This document shows, piece by piece, positions 26,100-37,627 of a DNA stretch of 64,000 bases (its first letter is position 1; each line of letters starts with the position of its first letter). The stretch comes from Acanthaster planci. Its lineage: Eukaryota. The stretch lies in assembly GCF_001949145.1 (NCBI RefSeq), contig NW_019091358.1:217984-281983 (forward strand), written 5' to 3'. The notes under the pieces are model-generated. The model was not told the origin of the DNA and did not search any database. It worked only from the letters and a program-made list of their open reading frames with translations. A program made the position numbers and the translations under genes.

Positions 26100-27600
26100 A
26101 AGACATGTGTTTATCTACAGTGTCTATATGACACTGTTAATGATTTCCTCATGGCACAATTTAATCAAGGCCTATCTATTTCCTTTATAGGAAGCTCTCG
26201 TCTTGCAATAATGGCTGTTCTTGTAGGCTTTTTTGATGGATTACACCTTAAAACATCTTCACCAGGGTATGTTTATGAAATCATGCATTACTGCAATAAC
26301 TATTCTGTTCTGATGACTATAAGGTCAAGCTCTGTTAGCCTTGACAGAGCCTCCCTTTGCCAACATCTCTCTACTACTCTTTACAGTAGACAGTTTTCAA
26401 GTCGCAGCAGCTACAGCCAGGAGATGTACAGAGTTGCCTGCCCTTACTATAGAACAAGGTCATATATGATGGGAATCACATGGAGTGTGGCTAGTCCCTC
26501 GTAAAATGATCCTGGCAAAGAATCAGCTGCCACAAAAGATGTTCTAGAGTTAAACACCATTTCTTTTATCAGAGATGACAACCTCTAATACCCCAAACTG
26601 AGCTCATAAGGGATGAGATTACTGAGCTGTTTATCATGACAGCTGAGCCTTTATTCAGGGTATCATGGGGTACAATCTCATGGTGAATAGTCAGACATTC
26701 AAGGTTTCCACTCCAGATTTGCCGGTACATACACAAAACACTTCCCATGCTCATGACATGAGAGCAATGATGACAATATGGGCATTTTTTAAAAAAGGTA
26801 TCCCTTTGCCAACTTCAGGTATAAAGCTGCTCTAAAAAAATGTCACCCTTCTTCTTATGCAATCTGAAGGACATTATGTGATCAGAAGGTCAAACAGGAT
26901 TAGCAGCCCTCATGGCAGCCATGGCATCTCATCCCACCCACCAGGGTGGGTTGACTGACTCCAACAAGCAGTTGACTGGAACTGCACAGCAGTTATGTTT
27001 CTTTCTACCTAGTTTGATATTTGCCTACCTGTCAACTTCGGTGAGCACACAAGGAGGCATACATATTCAGTGCAAACATTGCTAAATATGATGGTGAACT
27101 GGAGGTAAAAGTATAGGCATGGTAACAGGGAAGGGAGTCCTGAAAGTGAACTCTCCCAAATCAAAGGTTATTTTGGAGTCCAGAGGGGACAATAACTGCC
27201 TTTGTTCCTTACATACAACTCAACTGGCTAGGTTTACCCAAGCGTCTGAGACAGAAAAAGGGAATGAAGGTACTATATGCGAGTACTTAATTTTTGGGTA
27301 GGCACTGTTTACAGTGGTATAAAACACTAGCAAATAGCAGGCTTAGGCTAAAACTATGCAAATATAATACGTTAAGTATTCCCCCCTCATGGAATGCTAA
27401 ATTGTCTTTGGTTTGGGAGCTTCCATGGGTTCATTTACACTGGGAGTGGATAAATGGCAGTAAGGTGATCAGTTACTTTATTTAGAAAGCTGATTGATTT
27501 TACAAAGACACTGAAAAGACACTGTGTAATCTGTCCAGTCAGTGACCCCATTAGGTATAACACCACAGACAGGCACGGAGACTTTCTAAGCAACAGTGAC
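26100..27600 (-). mobile_element. Highly decayed CR1/L2-like LINE RT relic
   Basis: Minus-strand remnants resemble RT motifs: a YTVSFQCLCKI segment like NYRPVSL...KI at ~27500-27560, and SSPSYLAMFA like ...LFADD at ~27070-27105. Confidence 0.35.
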
Positions 27601-28094
27601 CATGCTTCCATCATGTCTTTCATTCATTCTGTGGGAGCCATTGTTGTTGTTGTGAAAGTCTTTAACTTTATGACTTGCAAACAGAACACGTTTTTGCATT
27701 TTCTGTTTAAAATTAATGTACAATGTTACATGGCACACCATTTTCTGAATACAACTTCATGTTTCCACTAGTTGGTATACGGGCCCTTTCCTATATTCAT
27801 TCACACACTCTCCATATTTTTTCTATCAATTATCAGATACATTCAGGTTGCTGATCTTTCAGAAGATTAATAGGGACTTTCTGGAAAAGTAATCCTCCCC
27901 TCGTTACTTTAAAAATGGGTATGAAAGGCAAGTACCAGTACACGCCCTTTCAGTTCCTTAAGAGAAACCAAAATGTCACAATCCCCCCTAGAAATCTATC
28001 CCTGCCATGCTCAGATATTGGTATGCAATAATTTCTCACACACTAAGTACCAGTGTATAAAATTTGTGTAAAATTAAAACCTGTGACCATGGAG

Positions 28095-28891
28095 AAGTGT
28101 TGGAATTTAGTCCTCACATCTGAGTCTAGAGCACTCCGAGTACTTTAGGTGCCAAATCCAGGGCTGAGTTCAAGTACATTGGTGACAAGTTTGAGTCCAA
28201 AGCACCAAACATGAGTACATCCAAGGCACAGTTTACATATTGACAAAAAAATAAACTTTATTTGTGTTTGTCAAGCATTTTTTTGGGTCAAAAACTATAG
28301 CCAAAAGATAAAAAATCATGGACAACTGGGTAGATGCCTAAGACAACTATTTAGGTTGAAGAGTGATGAAAATCATCCAACATTGTGTCTAAGAATTATA
28401 AAAATAAACAAATAAAGTGTGATACGTTAGAAAAATTGCATATTGGAAATCGCCAACAAATTCAACTATGAAAAGCTACAAGTGCAACAAAACCTTGGTC
28501 AGTGTTGGTCAATGCGGGAAATAATGCGACGCTCACGGAGCATAAGCTTGGCTCATATTAGCGCTCTAATTTCCATGGTAAGAGCTGCAGAGCAGAAAAC
28601 TAGTCTAGCATGTACAATGTACTAGGAGCCTTCCTTGTACCCAGGGCACAGTAAGCATTCTGTATGTGTTAACAAGAGTGAAACTGCTGAGTCGTATTGT
28701 GTTGTGTTCAATGCAGTCTTCGCTCATCACCCAGCATCCAAAAATGCAATTGATAAAAAGTGAAGTACTCAAATGTTTTTCTCGAGTATAAGGGTCGAGT
28801 ACCTAAGGGCCAAGTATGTATACAAAAAATCGTGTATTGACTATTAAGTTCAATTAATTTTCAAGTACTGAGTATGAGTACTCTTACACTG
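28095..28891. mobile_element. hAT-type MITE
   Basis: The 8-bp flanks are ccatggag (28087-28094) and caatggag (28892-28899), with one mismatch. Termini are (a)agtgt...acactg, and GAGTAC/GTACTC subterminal motifs are repeated at both ends. Confidence 0.55.
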
Positions 28892-29049
28892 CAATGGAGT
28901 TCCTGTCTCTCACAAGCAGACTGTGTTTGAAATGGAAAGGCCATATTACATATCAGTATGATATGTAATATACTTACCACAGAGCACGTGTAGATATATT
29001 TTTGTACCTACATGTATATAGTCCAAGAGATCTTGACTACAAATAATAG

Positions 29050-31500
29050 TTTCTTTTATGTTGCTTTATGCTTTGCTTCAAGGATTTTGAAGACTTTCAA
29101 TTTTCATGAGTGGATTTCAGACTTCCTGATTTGAAAAAGACAAAAATGCAAATGGACAAATGTTTAAACTCATTCTATTTACTTGGGAGAGTACTTTGTT
29201 TCCATTGCAGTCCTTGTAAATGCAACCTTATTGCTCTATTTTTATTCTTCCTTTTTTTTCATATGGTGGCTCTTAGGTTTTAGTCTGGAAGTGTGAGTAA
29301 TAATGAGTAGGTTTGATGTCGTAGAAGTAAACATCAATGGTATGGTTATTTTGCAATTTTAAATTGTATTTCATTGGGTGATATGGAGTTCTTGGCAGTA
29401 GGTGGGTGAGCAAAGTTTTCTTACGAATAATTTCAGTTATGAATTTTTGTGTCGACAGCTTCTTCCCAAAGTGAACTTGTCAGGAAAAGCATTGAAGTTT
29501 TTAACTTCACTTTTCAGTTTGATCAAAAAGCATATTCTAAACAGTTTTTATACATTAAATAGGAGTACACCGTTACTCAAAATTTGTTTCCAATTAAACC
29601 CCATTAGACCCTGTAAAAGTTTAAAAGGAAAAAAAAGTCATTGGCCAGGTGTGTTTCTAAAGTCCATTTGTTGGTCGTGTAAACCTTGAACAGTATTTGA
29701 TCTTTGACATTTGATGACATTGATTATGTTGTTTTTGGACAGGGCCAGCTTTGACATTGCTAAAGGTTGTGTCAGTTCTTTTTGTAAACTTTCAGCGTCT
29801 GAAACCTACTGACATAATACTTGATTTAGTATTTGTAGTTGTGGCCATGGCCCAGATTTTGGGGCTGTGTGACGTTGTCCTTCTATAACTCTGTTTTGCT
29901 AGCCATATATGCAGGCACATCGGGTGGAGCAAATGCGTGTGTAATATGCAGTCATTTGTCCATTCGATTTGTCTAATTCTACCTGTGCCAGAAATGGGGA
30001 GGGGGATGATATGAAAATTTGAAAAGGGGGGGACACAATATGACTCTATATAACAGTTGATGTTAATGATTTTATTGTACATTTGTATTCAGAATGCCGT
30101 ATTTATGGCCTATTATTTTCTCCTTACTTGATGTTGAATACATTTTAGTTGTGGGAAGTCTGAAAATTCTTTAAATCTACTTATTTTCTCACCACAAAAA
30201 AGTAGCCATCATTCAGTAGCCCATCTCCCACCTCAAAAAGGGTATGGGGGATATCCCTGTCCCGGGTGATTTAGACCGATGAATTACACTGTTTTCGGGG
30301 ATATAATGATTTTTTTCTGCTTAGGGGAGCACAGGGAAGATCCCAAAGATTCCCATTCCTGTTTTTTGTAAGGAGAAAGGTCTCTCTGTGAATATTCTTC
30401 ATTTTTTCAGTTTCAAATAAATTTATGTAAATAAGTTTGAGGTATTTCTGCATTAATGACACATAATGGATACAAATATGGTGGCAATTTAAACAAGACC
30501 TAGAAGAAAAATGTATAATCATTAATTAGAAACTTGGGGAATGAAATCAAAATAGAGTTTTAATTGTCAGTTTTTGACAAAAAAATTGTCTTTTTTTTAT
30601 GATTGTTTCCTGCAAGTTCAGGACTAGACAAACCATCTTTTTTCAAAGAGGTTAAATTGTCCAATATCACGATTTTTTCAAATTGGTTTGGTCGGATTTG
30701 TTGGGGTGTTTGTGTGTGCTAGCCTTACATACCTAGTGTGGACTTGCAAACAAAAGATGTCCACACGATGCAGGAAAGGAAGACATCCACAGGACGTTTC
30801 CCCTTCTCTGAAAAAGAGGTTTAGGGGTATTTTGGGGTAGGGGTCATCTGTCATAAAAGGAAGAGTAGGTATGTACAGAAGGTATGTAAGGTAAGTGTAT
30901 GGGGGTGTGCGCTTATACATAGGGCCTTGTGGGGTACCAGAACAATGGGAAGTACCCCACAAGGCCAGTTTTACAAGAACTTCACAAAACTGATATTTGG
31001 AAATAACTTGAAAAGGGGAAATTTTTGATAGGTAAAAATCTGTTGCAAATTGAAGTGTTTTATATAAGGGACATACAGTCGAAATTTCAACCCAGGAAAG
31101 TGAATTTGGGTTAAATTGGAGTGATTTGATTTTTTTGCGTGTTGTGTAGGAGTTTTGTACACGAGAACAAAGGAAATACCCCACAAGTATAGCTGTAAAA
31201 GGGTATATGCATGTATATACAACTTGGAGTAATTAGTTTTTACCAGAATTAAAATTAACAAATTTGTGTAATTATTAAATGATATTGCTGTTTGATCTAG
31301 CAATTTTGATGTTTTCATGTAAAAAGATGTAGTGCTGGTTGTGTTTCACTGTGTCTGCCCAGTGGATGTTTGGAAGTTTCCATATGAGTTTTTTGTTTTT
31401 GGTTTTCTTTCTTTCATTTGGCTTTTTTTGGGGGGGGCTGACATTTTTTAACATTTTGTCAAATATTTATTGTGTTATTGCAATTTAATTAATAGTTTCC
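29050..31500 (-). mobile_element. Decayed LINE (APE endonuclease + RT relic)
   Basis: Minus-strand fragments occur in LINE ORF2 order: GISFVLVYK, LWGTSHCSG (like GDFNART), DIGQFNLFEKDGLS (like G.FT...NG.S..D), then RT-like QGLHDQQMDFR. The + strand shows a strong T-rich skew. Confidence 0.45.
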
Positions 31501-31671
31501 TGTTATCGAGATTTCAAACTGTCATGTCAGCAGTACACCTTTTAAGTTGGTTTTTCCATGATTGTATCACTTAGTTTGTTTTATTCAATCATTGTGTGGA
31601 AGTGAGTACTTGAATGAGTTTTATTTTCTTGTCATCTGTATCCTGTATATTATGTAAGCTTCCTCTTCCAG

Positions 31672-31727
31672 AACTTCCACATTACAGTCATTCTCTTATC
31701 CGTAGCAAAAGGAAGAGGAAGAACTAG
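31672..31727 (+). CDS. Candidate terminal coding exon of the LRRC9-like gene
   Basis: Acceptor cttcctcttccag. Read in phase 1 it gives (E)LPHYSHSLIRSKRKRKN-TAG. Supported only by the splice signal and phase. Confidence 0.3.
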
Positions 31728-31859
31728 CAGAAATCAAGCCTTATCCACACCGCGCCAGGGGCATTTATTAATGTCAATGATGCTGGGACAGGATAATTTT
31801 AATTTTTTTCCTGCAACCAATCTCGCAACCGTTGGATGCAAGCGCATCAAAAAGCTGAA

Positions 31860-32560
31860 ACAGTTACTCATACTTCGTAAAGTTGTCTGTGATGATCGAG
31901 ATGTTTTCATAGCCTCCTTTAGATCTTTCTAACTTGAAGAAATCAATGCAGAGGAGGTGGAGATACCCTTCTCTGATATGATATGACCAAGATATTAGGC
32001 TTTTCTTTGCAGTAGATGACATTTGGCAGGTTTCAGATTTAACCCATGTTGACAAAGACATGCAAACAAGTTTGCAAAGTGCTCTATATGTTCATCAAAC
32101 ATTAAAGAGACTACTATGATGTCATCCTAATATAGGAGAACTGTTGAGTAATTTTGATCACCAAGGCAATATTAACCGCTGAAAAGTGGTAGGAGCATTT
32201 CGGAGGCCAAAAGGCATGTGACTACATTCATATAAACCATTAGGGTAGTATAAAATGCAATTTTGAGTTTGTCACTTTCTCCAACTTCCACTGGTGGTCA
32301 GTAACCTTATGTTAAGTCTGAAGTTGAGAACAGTGTGGCATTACATAGGGCATCTCGTAACTCTTCAATAAGGGGAAAGGGGAATGCATCAGGAATGGTG
32401 TTCCTGTTTAACTGTCGATAACACAGATTCTGAGAGAATTGCTTTTCTTGAGGCGTAGTAGTTCTCTGCTGGTGATGCAGGGAGAAGAACCTTTGCGGAT
32501 GGCTCCTGATTCTTCCATTCCCGTCAGATGTTCTCTTAATACCAATTAAATTATATTGTT
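31860..32560 (-). mobile_element. Gypsy pol fragment with internal deletion (RT joined to integrase)
   Basis: An RT relic (ESGAIRKGSSP...SLRIC..YRQLNRNTIPDAFPFPLIEELRDALCNATLFSTSDL) is followed by the integrase fragment LLCIDFFKLERSKGGYENISIITDNFTKY. Confidence 0.8.
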
Positions 32561-33462
32561 AACCATGCACTCTGATTTAATACTTAGACCGATCTTAAGT
32601 ACCTTGCCAAAATGGAGTACTAGTACAATGAGCCCCAAGTTGGACCAAGAGTGGGTGCAATTTTCCAAGCAACACAGGCTCCTTGCATAGAAACTAAACT
32701 TTGCTGTTTGACAAATGCCTATGAGATGCACATGTTACGGTCGCATCACCACCAACAAAATGAGCACTCCTCACCAACATGGCTCTTTTCAACTGATGAG
32801 GGGGTGCTTCCATTCAAGACATTCTTTGGGCACCAAGAGGGGTGGGGGTGTTCCAGGTGGCAGCACCCCCTGAGGGACAGTTGCGTAGACACGGGTCCAC
32901 ATAACTAGGTCCATATTGGTGCATGTTTCCTTCCTCAGGACAGGTGATTTGAGGCTTCCAGCGGCATTCAAGCACAACCGAGTTCAGTACGGGAAGAGAA
33001 CGTGGGTGCCTGTCGGCAGTACCAGGGGGCTCCCGTTCCAGGGCATGGTAGGCACAGAGAAATCCGTCTGAGTCTCCCCTTCATCACACCTGGCCTTATG
33101 AGGGTTGCTTGAGAGGCTCTCAAAGGGTTGTTGGGCCCCCACCAGTTGCATGGTAGGAACGGGCCCCACTGCCCATGCCCTGGTTCCATGGGTACCTTGT
33201 GGTCCGAGGAGAGTCTAGGAGGGGTGGCCGATCATCCCGATGGGCTCTGCTGTTTGACAGGGAAGATGAACCCCTGTGCTGGAAGCCTGTTCGTCTTTAT
33301 AGACGGCTAGGCTGCCCATCTGCCTGGCCTGAATTTGAATGCTTCCTTGTCAGCATGTCTGGGTCAGCAGACTCGCACCCCTGTCAGCAAGAAGGGGGAT
33401 CTGGAGTGCCTTGCCTGGAGGGCTGAATTTTTTTTCGTCCCTGATGGTGTGGGGTGGGTGAC

Positions 33463-33714
33463 CTACTCCAAATGGCTGCAGCCCCCTTGGTCGATGACAT
33501 CAAACTCTTCATCCCTGGCATGGACGTGAGAGGGTTTCATCTTCCATACCAAACATCTCCACCAATACTTGTGGTGCCAGGCCCTTACATCTGCAGGGTA
33601 GAACCTCCGTCTGCATCCTTTATCGCAAAGGTGTGGGCACTCCACATGTCTGTGGAGGTTGCCCTTCTTGGAAAAGGTCTTCCTGCAATGGGTGCATATC
33701 GAGAGGAGAGGCAT
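33463..33714 (-). pseudogene. Extra ORF3 of Gypsy A with N-terminal C2H2 zinc fingers
   Basis: Translates MPLLSICTHCRKTFSKKGNLHRHVECPHLCDKGCRRRFYPADVRAWHH. The ATG is directly preceded by ttaactgactcttctctttcccccacctgcag|G, a branch point plus splice acceptor. Confidence 0.65.
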
Positions 33715-36351
33715 CCTGCAGGTGGGGGAAAGAGAAGAGTCAGTTAATTGGATGCAGTATCAACTGGGTCGAACTATCTTCCGCCCTGCCTTGGTTACTC
33801 AGGGGGCGAGGGTGCTGCTAGAGCTGGGGGAGTATGCTTGCTCTAAACTGGTCCCACAGGACTCGGCGTAGGAATCCTGTCCATCACTGCTCTGCTGATC
33901 AGATGGGATGTTTGGTGGCATGTCAAATGGCAGTGTAATGTTCCTCCGAAGCTGCAGTTGAATTGTCTTTGACTACAAAGTCCCCCATCTCTGCCAGAGT
34001 ATCTTCTTGGGTTGGTTTGGTTGTCTGAAGTGGTAACGGGGGACATCGTGCTTCCCTGTGCTCCACCAGTCCACCTCACCAAGGTATGGCTTCAGACGGT
34101 TGAAGTGGACAACCTTGGTTTTGGCCCGAGGGGACTTCTGTATCTGGTATACAACATCATCAATCTTTTTTATCACCACAAAGGTGCCATAGCAACCACA
34201 CTGGCTCATAATCATACCCAGCTGCTTTTGCTTGGCGATCATACTGACACTTTTGGAAGTCTGTGCCTTCTGCAAGTGACAACGGGCAAACTCATAGGCT
34301 CACTCCATCCTCTCTTTCAACTAGCTTCAGGTGCCTCCACCCAACTGTTGAATGTAACGGTAGGCCAGCCTGAAGAGGGAGCCCCACCCCCAAACCAAGC
34401 ATCAAAATGTTTGGTGTAAGCTTGGTGCTGTCATTTTGGGAACAGCGATAGGCCACCATGATGAAGGGATGATGTTCATCCCAATCATTGTCTTCACTGT
34501 GCAGTTAAAGCGCTCGACCATGCCATCTGACTGAGGGTGGAACAGCATGGTGCGGGTCTTGTGGATGCTAAGCACCTCACAGACACCCTCAAACAGGCTG
34601 TCTTCGAATTCCTTCCACTGATCCGTGTGGATTTGTAGGGGAGTGCTGAAACGGGTGATCACCTGCTCAACCAGCATATTAGCAACAGTCTTGGTGGTCT
34701 AGTGGGGAATAGGAAATACCTCTGCCCATTTTGTGAAGTAGTCGGCCACCACCATTATGCTCTTATCCCAGCCATTGTCCTTGGGACTGTGCCTGTGAGA
34801 TTGATAACCAGGCATTCCATAGGAGCCCCCACCAGATACTGCTGAAGAGGGGCCCTCAAGGGTTTTGGAGGAGGCTTCTTAGTTCCACACCTGTTCCACC
34901 TGGTGTCTCATCTCCTTCCAGTTTACAAGAGCCTGCCTCAGCCGTTCCACCATACGGGCAAACCCCAAGTGACTTGATGTCCTATTGTTATGTGCCAACC
35001 TCAAGACGCTGGGTACTTTCCCTCAGGTGAAAACAACCTTCCACGCTGGTGGACTACCATCCAGGTGCTCCCACCTCATCTGCATGATGTCCTTGGATAG
35101 CCACAGTGTCTTCCACTTGGTCCACCAAAGTTTTATGTCCTCATCCAGCGCCAAGATGTTCAGCCAACTTGGTCTTGGGGCCTCTTCCCCAAGCCACTTG
35201 ATGATCTAACACAGCCTGGGGTCGCTGTGATGTTCCTATTTCAACTCTTTTGGGTCCCAGACCCCCAGGAGTCTGTCTGGATAAGTAGCGTCACCCATAG
35301 TACTGCCCTTCACTGTCCCCACCAGTGGTCCATCAATACCACGTGACTCAATTTGTGATGATTTCCAGGTTTCTCACTGTGCCAGACTTTCCCAAGTATA
35401 ACAAACTGGCCACATGGGGTTCTAGAAATAGCGTCAGCATTTGTGCGCTTCTTCCCACTCGGTGCTCAACGTCTAACTCAAGGCACCCCAACTTCTGAAT
35501 CCATCGAGCAGTCTGCACCTAAGGTTCCCGGAAATTGCATAGCCAGTGCAGTGATCCGTGGTCTTTTCTGAGTAAGAATTGTTTCCCCAGGAGAGAGTGT
35601 TTTAAGTACGTTACAAAATAGATCACAGCAAGCAACTCCTTCTAAGTGGTAGAGTAGTTGCGCTCAGCCCTGGACAAAGTGTGGCTTCTGTAGGCAATCA
35701 GGTTGGTGGTTAGTGGTGGCCACTTACTGATGATGGCAACCTTCTCCAGGTCTGTCTTTACCCTCTTGGCTGACACCAGGAAGGCCACTTCTTTCTTGAA
35801 TAAGTTACATTTCATTAGTTTGACATTCAAGTTGTTTTGCCGAAATCTCTCTAATACCATGGCAAGCCTTTGAAAGTGCTGTTCAAAGTCCTTCCTCCAC
35901 ACGATCATGTCATTCAAGTTGCCGGGGCATTGCAAAGCCCGAACAGCATCACAGTGAACTGATACAGGCCATTCCACTTTCCAAAGGCTGTCTTCTGATG
36001 GTCATTTTGAGCCATGCCAACCTGCCAGTAACCACTGACCAAATCAAGGGTGCTGAACCACCTTCCTCCCTTCAAGGCGTCAAAGTTGTCCTCAATCCTG
36101 GGGATAGGATACGCATCTTTAGTGTCACTCCATGGACCGGTAGTCCAAACAAAACCAGAATGACTCATCCTTCTTTCAAACAAGCATGACTGGCGCGGAC
36201 AAAAGGCTATTAAAAGGTTCGACCACTCCCTCCTACAGCATCTGCTCCACCTGCTTCACTGCCTCGTGCCACTTGTGTATCGACAGTCTCCTCGGTGGCT
36301 GGTGAATTGGTGCCGCCGCCCTTGTATTGATTCTTTACTGGATCAGGTTTG

Positions 36352-36711
36352 AATTCTGAATTTGGCCCAGCCCGACGTGTATTCTTTTATTAGCACTGTA
36401 TACTCATTGTATGCTCCCGATGGCTTGTGAAAAAAAAAGCACAAGTGTACTCAGATGGGACTCGAACCCACAACCTCCTGCTTACCAGTGCAGACATCTT
36501 ATCCACTCGACCATCGAGCTTGCCGGTGTCAGCTGGCTAGTTCGAATCAGATGTAGCAGCGGGTACCGAGAACAACCATTTCAAAAACCATTTTTTCACA
36601 AGCCTTCAGGGACATACACTGAGTATACAGTGTTAAAAAAATACACGTCGGGTAGGGCAAAAATCCAAAATTCATTTCATCTCCCCGGTGCAAATCCAGT
36701 TTTGAAATAGG
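36352..36711. mobile_element. Small inserted element: tRNA-like Pol III unit between ~85-bp inverted repeats
   Basis: IR arms lie at ~36350-36436 and ~36591-36674. The 9-bp direct repeat tcaggtttg flanks it at 36343-36351 and 36712-36720. Removing the insert restores the Gypsy RT frame (LGKANLIQ*RINT). Confidence 0.9.
36448..36519 (-). tRNA. tRNA-like sequence (pseudo-tRNA / SINE head)
   Basis: A box TGGTCGAGTGG, anticodon-like arm TCTGC/GCAGG with loop ACTGGTAA, T arm GTGGG-TTCGAGT-CCCAT (B box), then an oligo-T Pol III terminator. The acceptor stem is imperfect. Confidence 0.75.
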
Positions 36712-37569
36712 TCAGGTTTGCCTTGCCAAGTTTGCGATCTGGGCCTGTAAATACTCCTGCGAAGCGTGTCAACAGGTTTGCCAGATGGGAACCCTCTCCC
36801 TAATCAAGGTGGATGCCCCCACGGCCGAGGTTTTGCAGGTGGGTAGGCACTTCTCCAGAGGTCCCTTTCCCCTGGCTGGCCCTGTCCAGAGGATGCCACT
36901 CCCCTGTGGAATTTGACTGTCTTCCATCTAACTTGATCACATCCCGGTCGTCCATGGGTGAAAAAAAGAGCTAAGCAGCTCCCTTTGTAAACTGTCAGGG
37001 GGTCAACACCTAGGCTGGCACATTGCCATTGTTGGTGTCAACCAAACTGGTGGCGACTGCCACTAAACAATTGCCTCCGGCATCCAAGTTTGGATATAGT
37101 ACATCGACTCCCACCTGAAGATCCATCTGGACTCTCCCATCGAGAATCGTCTCATGCTCAGCCGGTATCAACACAATTTAAGCCAACCAGCACCTTTGCC
37201 ACCACAGGATTTCACTTCACTCCTTTCAGGGGAACGGTCTTTCCATTGATAACGACTGTTTCATCGCCCCATCGCCGTCCGCAACGGTAATTGGATAGGA
37301 AGTCCATCCCTAACATTGCATCTGGTTTGATGTTTGCCACTATAAGGGACTGATCCATCAACTGATCCCGACTTTCAATTGATATTGGTCATTCCCCTAG
37401 CTGACATCGAACTCCCACCTGCCATTTTCAAGGAGGATTTCTAAGGGGCCGAGCTCGTTCTATCAATATTGGGGCAGCATAGCAGGTTCATTCTGAAATT
37501 GGGCTAACTGCCGCTCCCGTGTCCAAAAGAAAACACTCTGGCTTCCCAGCCACCTCACCCTGGACATAA

Positions 37570-37627
37570 TTGGGCATGACCAATGACCAATTGGGCATGA
37601 CCAATGACCCTTGGGCATGACCAATGG
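37570..37627. repeat. 21-bp tandem repeat, about 3 units, just upstream of the Gypsy A protease
   Basis: ttgggcatgaccaatgacc(aa/c) is repeated. Confidence 0.85.

Noticed and set aside
32732..32786. 3' LTR of Gypsy A
   Set aside because: It has only patchy similarity to the 5' LTR (tgt.acg, tcaccac, acaaaa), is too short, and has no clear PPT or TSD.
36448..36519. A functional tRNA-Thr(GGT) gene
   Set aside because: The acceptor stem is imperfect, the anticodon loop is 8 nt, and it sits within a mobile insert, so it is treated as tRNA-derived.
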